A stretch of DNA of 25,023 nt, taken from an uncultured Candidatus Peribacteria bacterium. Its GTDB lineage: Bacteria > Patescibacteriota > Gracilibacteria > Absconditabacterales > Absconditicoccaceae. Numbering within the stretch: position 1 is the stretch's first letter; every line of letters starts with the position of its first letter. The stretch is taken from positions 1 to 25,023 of the forward strand of contig CAZKEK010000001.1 in the NCBI GenBank assembly GCA_964551805.1, read 5' to 3'. Made by a program: the position numbers and the translations under genes. The notes beneath the pieces were generated by a model. The model searched no databases. It was not told where the DNA came from and saw nothing but the letters and a program-made list of their open reading frames with translations. Shown here piece after piece: positions 21,912 to 25,023 of the stretch.

Positions 21912-22133
21912 ATGACACCAGAATTAGCTACAAGTACAGCACCAGTAATTACTCAAGGAATGATGATCGGACTTGGAATTCTTATGGTTCGAGACGCAGT
22001 TTGGAAAGCTATTGGACTACGAAAATCAGGAACACAAAAAAGATTAGCACGATTCATTTGTATATTTATTTTCAATACTGCGGGAATCTTGCCAATCATC
22101 TACCTAGCATTTTTTCAAAAGAAAGGAAAATAA
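21912..22133 (+). CDS. DUF5652-family small membrane protein, 73 aa
   Basis: W-DAV-WKAIGL-W...W-FICIFIFNTAGILPIIY matches the DUF5652 pattern when the three CGA codons are read as Trp. Confidence 0.85.
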   Translation: MTPELATSTAPVITQGMMIGLGILMVRDAVWKAIGLRKSGTQKRLARFICIFIFNTAGILPIIYLAFFQKKGK

Positions 22134-22197
22134 TCAGAAAATCAAAATAAAACAAAAAATAATAAGAAAATTTTTTTATTTTCTTCAAAGCATACCA

Positions 22198-22575
22198 ATG
22201 CTCAAAAAGCATACTATGTTGATTATTTTTTGTTTCCTCAGTGTTTTTTTAGGAGGATGTGCAAAAATCAACGTACAGATACAATTTAAAGACATACCAA
22301 CATGTCAAAATTTTTGTCAATCCGCGAAGTTTCTTTGAAAAGAAATAATACAAACATGCAAAGAAACCTGTCAAAAAACAAACAACACGGAAATAAGCAC
22401 ACAAAAAGCCGTAGAACTCAGCCAAAAGTATTTTAAAAAAGCAGTAAAAGAGAAGGAGAGTAAAATTGTCCAAGACCAAGAAACAGGAGCAGAATGTAAT
22501 AAAATTTGCACAAGTTTATGGCCAACAAATATACAAGAAAAAAATACCTGCACCATAAGTTGTCTAAATCCATAA
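22198..22575 (+). CDS. Putative lipoprotein with two CX3C-X13-CX3C modules, 125 aa
   Basis: Signal peptide ending LGG|C; CQNFC-13-CKETC and CNKIC-13-CTISC; one TGA=Gly; missed by the track. Confidence 0.75.
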
Positions 22576-22671
22576 ACCAAAAATGAACTTGCATTATTGA
22601 ATTTTTCATATATAGTACAGATTGTAAACAAAAAACAATAACCAAATACCCCATGAAAGGAGGGGGAAATC

Positions 22672-23034
22672 ATGAACATAATAATGTTTTGTTCTGGAGA
22701 ATTAAATAAAATTCCCAAAAAAGAAAAAAAACACCTCAAAGCTAGGGTAAAAAACAGCATTATGGAGCTGTACAAAAAAAAACCCATTAAGAATCTATCC
22801 AAGATTGCACTAACCCAACAATGGGCAATCTACTCGGAAAACGAAATGGAAAGATCTAGTATTGAACTACTCTTTCCCAATAAAATTTTTCCAACCACAA
22901 ACTACTTTATTGGCATCGTAGAAATTAATAAGAAAAAATTTTTCTACCTTATCGATATTGATGAGTTATTTTATGCCAAAGAATATGTAATTTGGCCAAA
23001 CACAAACAAAAAAAGAATAATAATAACAAACTAA
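22672..23034 (+). CDS. Hypothetical protein, 120 aa
   Basis: Track ORF ending in TAA; AAGGAGG upstream; terminator downstream. Confidence 0.65.
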   Translation: MNIIMFCSGELNKIPKKEKKHLKARVKNSIMELYKKKPIKNLSKIALTQQWAIYSENEMERSSIELLFPNKIFPTTNYFIGIVEINKKKFFYLIDIDELFYAKEYVIWPNTNKKRIIITN

Positions 23035-23056
23035 AGTATATGCTAAAACAAAACTC

Positions 23057-23099
23057 AGCCACTCACTGTATTTTTTTATGAATCAGAGTGGCTTTTTTT
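23057..23099 (+). terminator. Intrinsic terminator
   Basis: AGCCACTC...GAGTGGCT stem followed by a T run. Confidence 0.65.
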
Positions 23100-23182
23100 A
23101 TAAAATAAAAAAAACAAAATACACTTGACTTTTATAATAAAATATGTATAAGTAAAATACAAACATAAAAAACAATAAAAAA

Positions 23183-23767
23183 ATGAAAACAAAAATCAAA
23201 AATAATCCGATGGCCATAATTGTAACAATATTTTTAACAATATTAATGATATTGTGCACGACATTGCCAAAAAGTTATGGTCAAAAAGTCCAAAAAACAA
23301 CGGTTAATGTTAATTTCGGTTTCGGCCCAAATTATAATATTAGCCAAAATTCATTCGGCTACTCTTCAGAGGTAAATGCTGAATTTAGGGCAAAATATGT
23401 AGGTATAGAGGTAGGGATTGGTACCTACAAGAACATCAACAACCAAAATCACACCAGCTTACTAAAAACGGCTGATTATTTAAAAATCGGTCCAACATGG
23501 ACCAAAACCATTGGTTTTGCTGAATGTACTTCGAATATATATTTGGGGTATATAAACAGCTCAGAAGAAGAAACTGAATCTTTAAGAATCAAAAATTTTG
23601 CTTATGGAGGATTTAGTGAAAAAATACAATTTACCTTCATGACTTTTGATGAGGGAACATTGAATCTAGGCTTCTTTGCCAAAATAGGTATAGAGAGAAC
23701 AGAAAAAAATAACGCTATTTCAGCTGTTATTGGGTTTGCCTTCAAGGCAATACCCAAAAAAAGATAA
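23183..23767 (+). CDS. Secreted beta-rich (beta-barrel-like) hypothetical protein, 194 aa
   Basis: Signal-like N-terminus ending SYG|Q; repeated alternating hydrophobic/polar Gly- and aromatic-rich strands; own promoter-like TTGACT..TATAAG (23125-23152) and terminator. Confidence 0.75.
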   Translation: MKTKIKNNPMAIIVTIFLTILMILCTTLPKSYGQKVQKTTVNVNFGFGPNYNISQNSFGYSSEVNAEFRAKYVGIEVGIGTYKNINNQNHTSLLKTADYLKIGPTWTKTIGFAECTSNIYLGYINSSEEETESLRIKNFAYGGFSEKIQFTFMTFDEGTLNLGFFAKIGIERTEKNNAISAVIGFAFKAIPKKR

Positions 23768-23788
23768 AAAAACTACCTTATAGGTAGG

Positions 23789-23820
23789 AAAAGCGGTGGA
23801 TTTCTTCATCGCTTTTTTTT
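23789..23820 (+). terminator. Intrinsic terminator, preceded by a second hairpin CTACCT-TAT-AGGTAG
   Basis: AAAAGCGGTGGA-tttc-TTCATCGCTTTT followed by more T. Confidence 0.75.
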
Positions 23821-24015
23821 AAAATTAAAAAAAATAACCGTAATTGGTTATCTTTCTTAATTTTGGATTAATAGATCGAACAAAAAGCCTCCCACAATTA
23901 TACTTTAACCATAATGATATGCTAAGCTGAAAAGCTTGGTAAATGTAAAGAATTTCTATCAAGAATTTGATACTTATATAAACTTTTCAAGAGAAGATCA
24001 GAATTAAACAAATTT

Positions 24016-24408
24016 TTAATATTTAGTTGAATATTCTCAATCAAGACAACTAAAAAGTTCAATCACAGTATTTCTACTTCTGCAAGAATGAAAGATTTGC
24101 TCTTGATCTAATCAAAGAACTACATGAGAGATACGCTCTTTAGGAGGTTTTCTCAGAAAAACAATATCTCAATTCTGTATTTTATTTACCAATATTTCAT
24201 TATAATTGTGTTCCTCTTTTAGTGTTTTTGGCAAATCTCGAATATAACAAGGTTGTAGATAAATATTTAATGTATCATAAAGAATTTTACGAAGAGCGGA
24301 GATGCAATGAAGACAAGAGATATCTCAATCTAATTGTTCTAATGAATGTAGTTTATTTTTTATGTTAAAGGGAATTCCTATAAGTTTTTTACAATTCTCT
24401 CTATACAT
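24016..24408 (-). CDS. NlpC/P60-like cysteine peptidase/amidase, 130 aa
   Basis: LIGIPF..SCLHCISAL..QNGDIVFL..ISHVVLG..IFHS follows the GxPY/DCS/GDLVF/HV/H order; open only with TGA=Gly; absent from the track. Confidence 0.65.
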
Positions 24409-24493
24409 AATTTCACTATAATCTTCGTTTCTAAAAACAGAGAATTTGTTTGATATAGTTGTGAAGTTAGTATTATTTAATAGAATAAAATCT

Positions 24494-24587
24494 TGGGTGA
24501 TACAGGACTGAACCCCGCAAGTCTGCGGGGCGTGCCTGTGACCTCTTGCACGTCACCCCGATGTATCGGGGCTAGCCAACTGAGCTA
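24494..24587 (-). pseudogene. Broken copy of tRNA-Val(GAC) with two palindromic replacements
   Basis: Blocks TGGGTGATACAGGA, CCTGTGACCTCTTGCACGTCA and CTAGCCAACTGAGCTA are identical to the intact gene, separated by segments holding CCCCGCA-AGTC-TGCGGGG and CCCCGAT-GT-ATCGGGG. Confidence 0.9.
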
Positions 24588-24620
24588 GTATGATAACAAT
24601 AAATCTTATAGTATTTTTAC

Positions 24621-24697
24621 TGGTGGGTGATACAGGATTCGAACCTGTGACCTCTTGCACGTCAAGCAAACGCTCTAGCCAACTGAGCTAATCACCC
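24621..24697 (-). tRNA. tRNA-Val(GAC)
   Basis: GGGTGATTAGCTCAGTTGGCTAGAGCG-TTTGC TT GAC GT GCAAG-AGGTCACAGGTTCGAATCCTGTATCACCCACCA; CCA encoded. Confidence 0.98.
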
Positions 24698-24737
24698 ATA
24701 GAACAATAACTTTACAAAAAGCTCCGAATGTAATGAG

Positions 24738-24779
24738 CCCCGTCTTTAGCGGGGTAGCCAACTGAGCTAATCACCCATA
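24738..24779 (-). pseudogene. 5' fragment of tRNA-Val fused to a palindrome
   Basis: TAGCCAACTGAGCTAATCACCCATA (24755-24779) is identical to 24676-24700 and directly preceded by CCCCG-TCTTTAG-CGGGG. Confidence 0.88.
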
Positions 24780-24787
24780 ACCATATT

Positions 24788-24859
24788 TGACCCGACCAGG
24801 AGTCGAACCTGGGTTACAACCTTCGCAGGGTTGTGTCTTATCCACTAAACGACCGGATC
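24788..24859 (-). tRNA. tRNA-Arg(GCG)
   Basis: GATCCGG/TCGGGTC acceptor, D loop AGTGGATA (A20), CAACC-CT GCG AA-GGTTG anticodon arm, CCAGG-TTCGACT-CCTGG T arm, discriminator A; CCA not encoded. Confidence 0.93.
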
Positions 24860-24865
24860 ATAAAA

Positions 24866-25023
24866 CTAATATACTTTTTACTATTTTATTAACAACGTAA
24901 TATCGTTAACCTAGGTTACCCCGCACTTCTGCGGGCTGTCTTATCCATTAAACGACGAGATTATAAATCTAATATACTTTTTACTATTTTATTAACAACG
25001 TAATATCGTTAACCTAGGTTACC
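24866..25023. repeat. Tandem repeat with 103-bp period; exact 55-bp blocks at 24866-24920 and 24969-25023, running off the window
   Basis: CTAATATACTTTTTACTATTTTATTAACAACGTAATATCGTTAACCTAGGTTACC occurs twice. Confidence 0.95.
24908..24963 (-). pseudogene. Partial copy of tRNA-Arg(GCG) with the anticodon arm replaced by a palindrome
   Basis: AACCTAGGTTAC ~ AACCTGGGTTAC and TGTCTTATCCATTAAACGAC ~ TGTCTTATCCACTAAACGAC flank CCCGCA-CTTC-TGCGGG in place of AACCTTCGCAGGGTTG. Confidence 0.85.

Noticed and set aside
1399-22802. Numerous Phe/Leu/Ile-rich 60-140 aa track ORFs antisense to or out of frame with real genes (e.g. 1399..1656, 2635..2994, 6594..6998, 8174..8464, 9412..9744, 15697..16080, 20646..21047, 22371..22802)
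   Set aside because: They are shadows of A-rich coding strands and overlap well-supported CDSs.
23890-24015. Frameshifted continuation of the NlpC/P60 gene
   Set aside because: A short stop-free stretch exists in another frame but has no start, motif or slippery-site evidence.
938-24408. TGA as selenocysteine, Trp or stop-codon readthrough
   Set aside because: TGA is far too frequent, occurs in tandem (TGA TGA) and aligns with conserved Gly rather than Cys or Trp.
24409-24620. N-terminal extension of the NlpC/P60 ORF through the broken tRNA-Val copy
   Set aside because: The frame is free of TAA/TAG for a stretch but has no ATG and runs through tRNA-derived sequence; likely coincidental.
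24866-25023. CRISPR array
   Set aside because: The repeat is 55 bp and AT-rich, only two copies are visible, the intervening sequence is tRNA-derived, and there are no cas genes in the window.

Overview
AT-rich 25-kb chromosomal window, most likely from a CPR bacterium of the Absconditabacteria (SR1) lineage. The supplied ORF track is misleading because it assumes the standard code. Here TGA reads as Gly (in-frame TGA at conserved Gly positions of MurC, RuvB, LepB, Ndk, Ssb) and CGA/CGG read as Trp (DUF5652, Hsp20, SLH repeat, O-antigen ligase). Re-read by hand with that code, the window is gene-dense: murC, ruvB, ssb, lepB, ndk, rpmE, an Hsp20, a CsaB-like pyruvyl transferase, a GT2, an O-antigen ligase-like protein, an SbcD-like phosphoesterase, an SLH protein, a solo PemK/MazF-like toxin, an NlpC/P60-like protein, a GNAT_C-like acyltransferase, several hypotheticals and four tRNAs (Ser-GCT partial, Leu-CAA, Val-GAC, Arg-GCG). 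Two unexplained structures stand out. (1) Three tRNA genes are flanked by tandem, broken copies of themselves in which GC-rich CCC(C)G..CGGG(G) mini-palindromes replace or interrupt tRNA arms. (2) The solo PemK-like gene faces two tandem antisense cassettes, each a promoter followed by GNRA hairpins, that look like small RNAs. All family calls come from motif recognition by eye; no searches were run.
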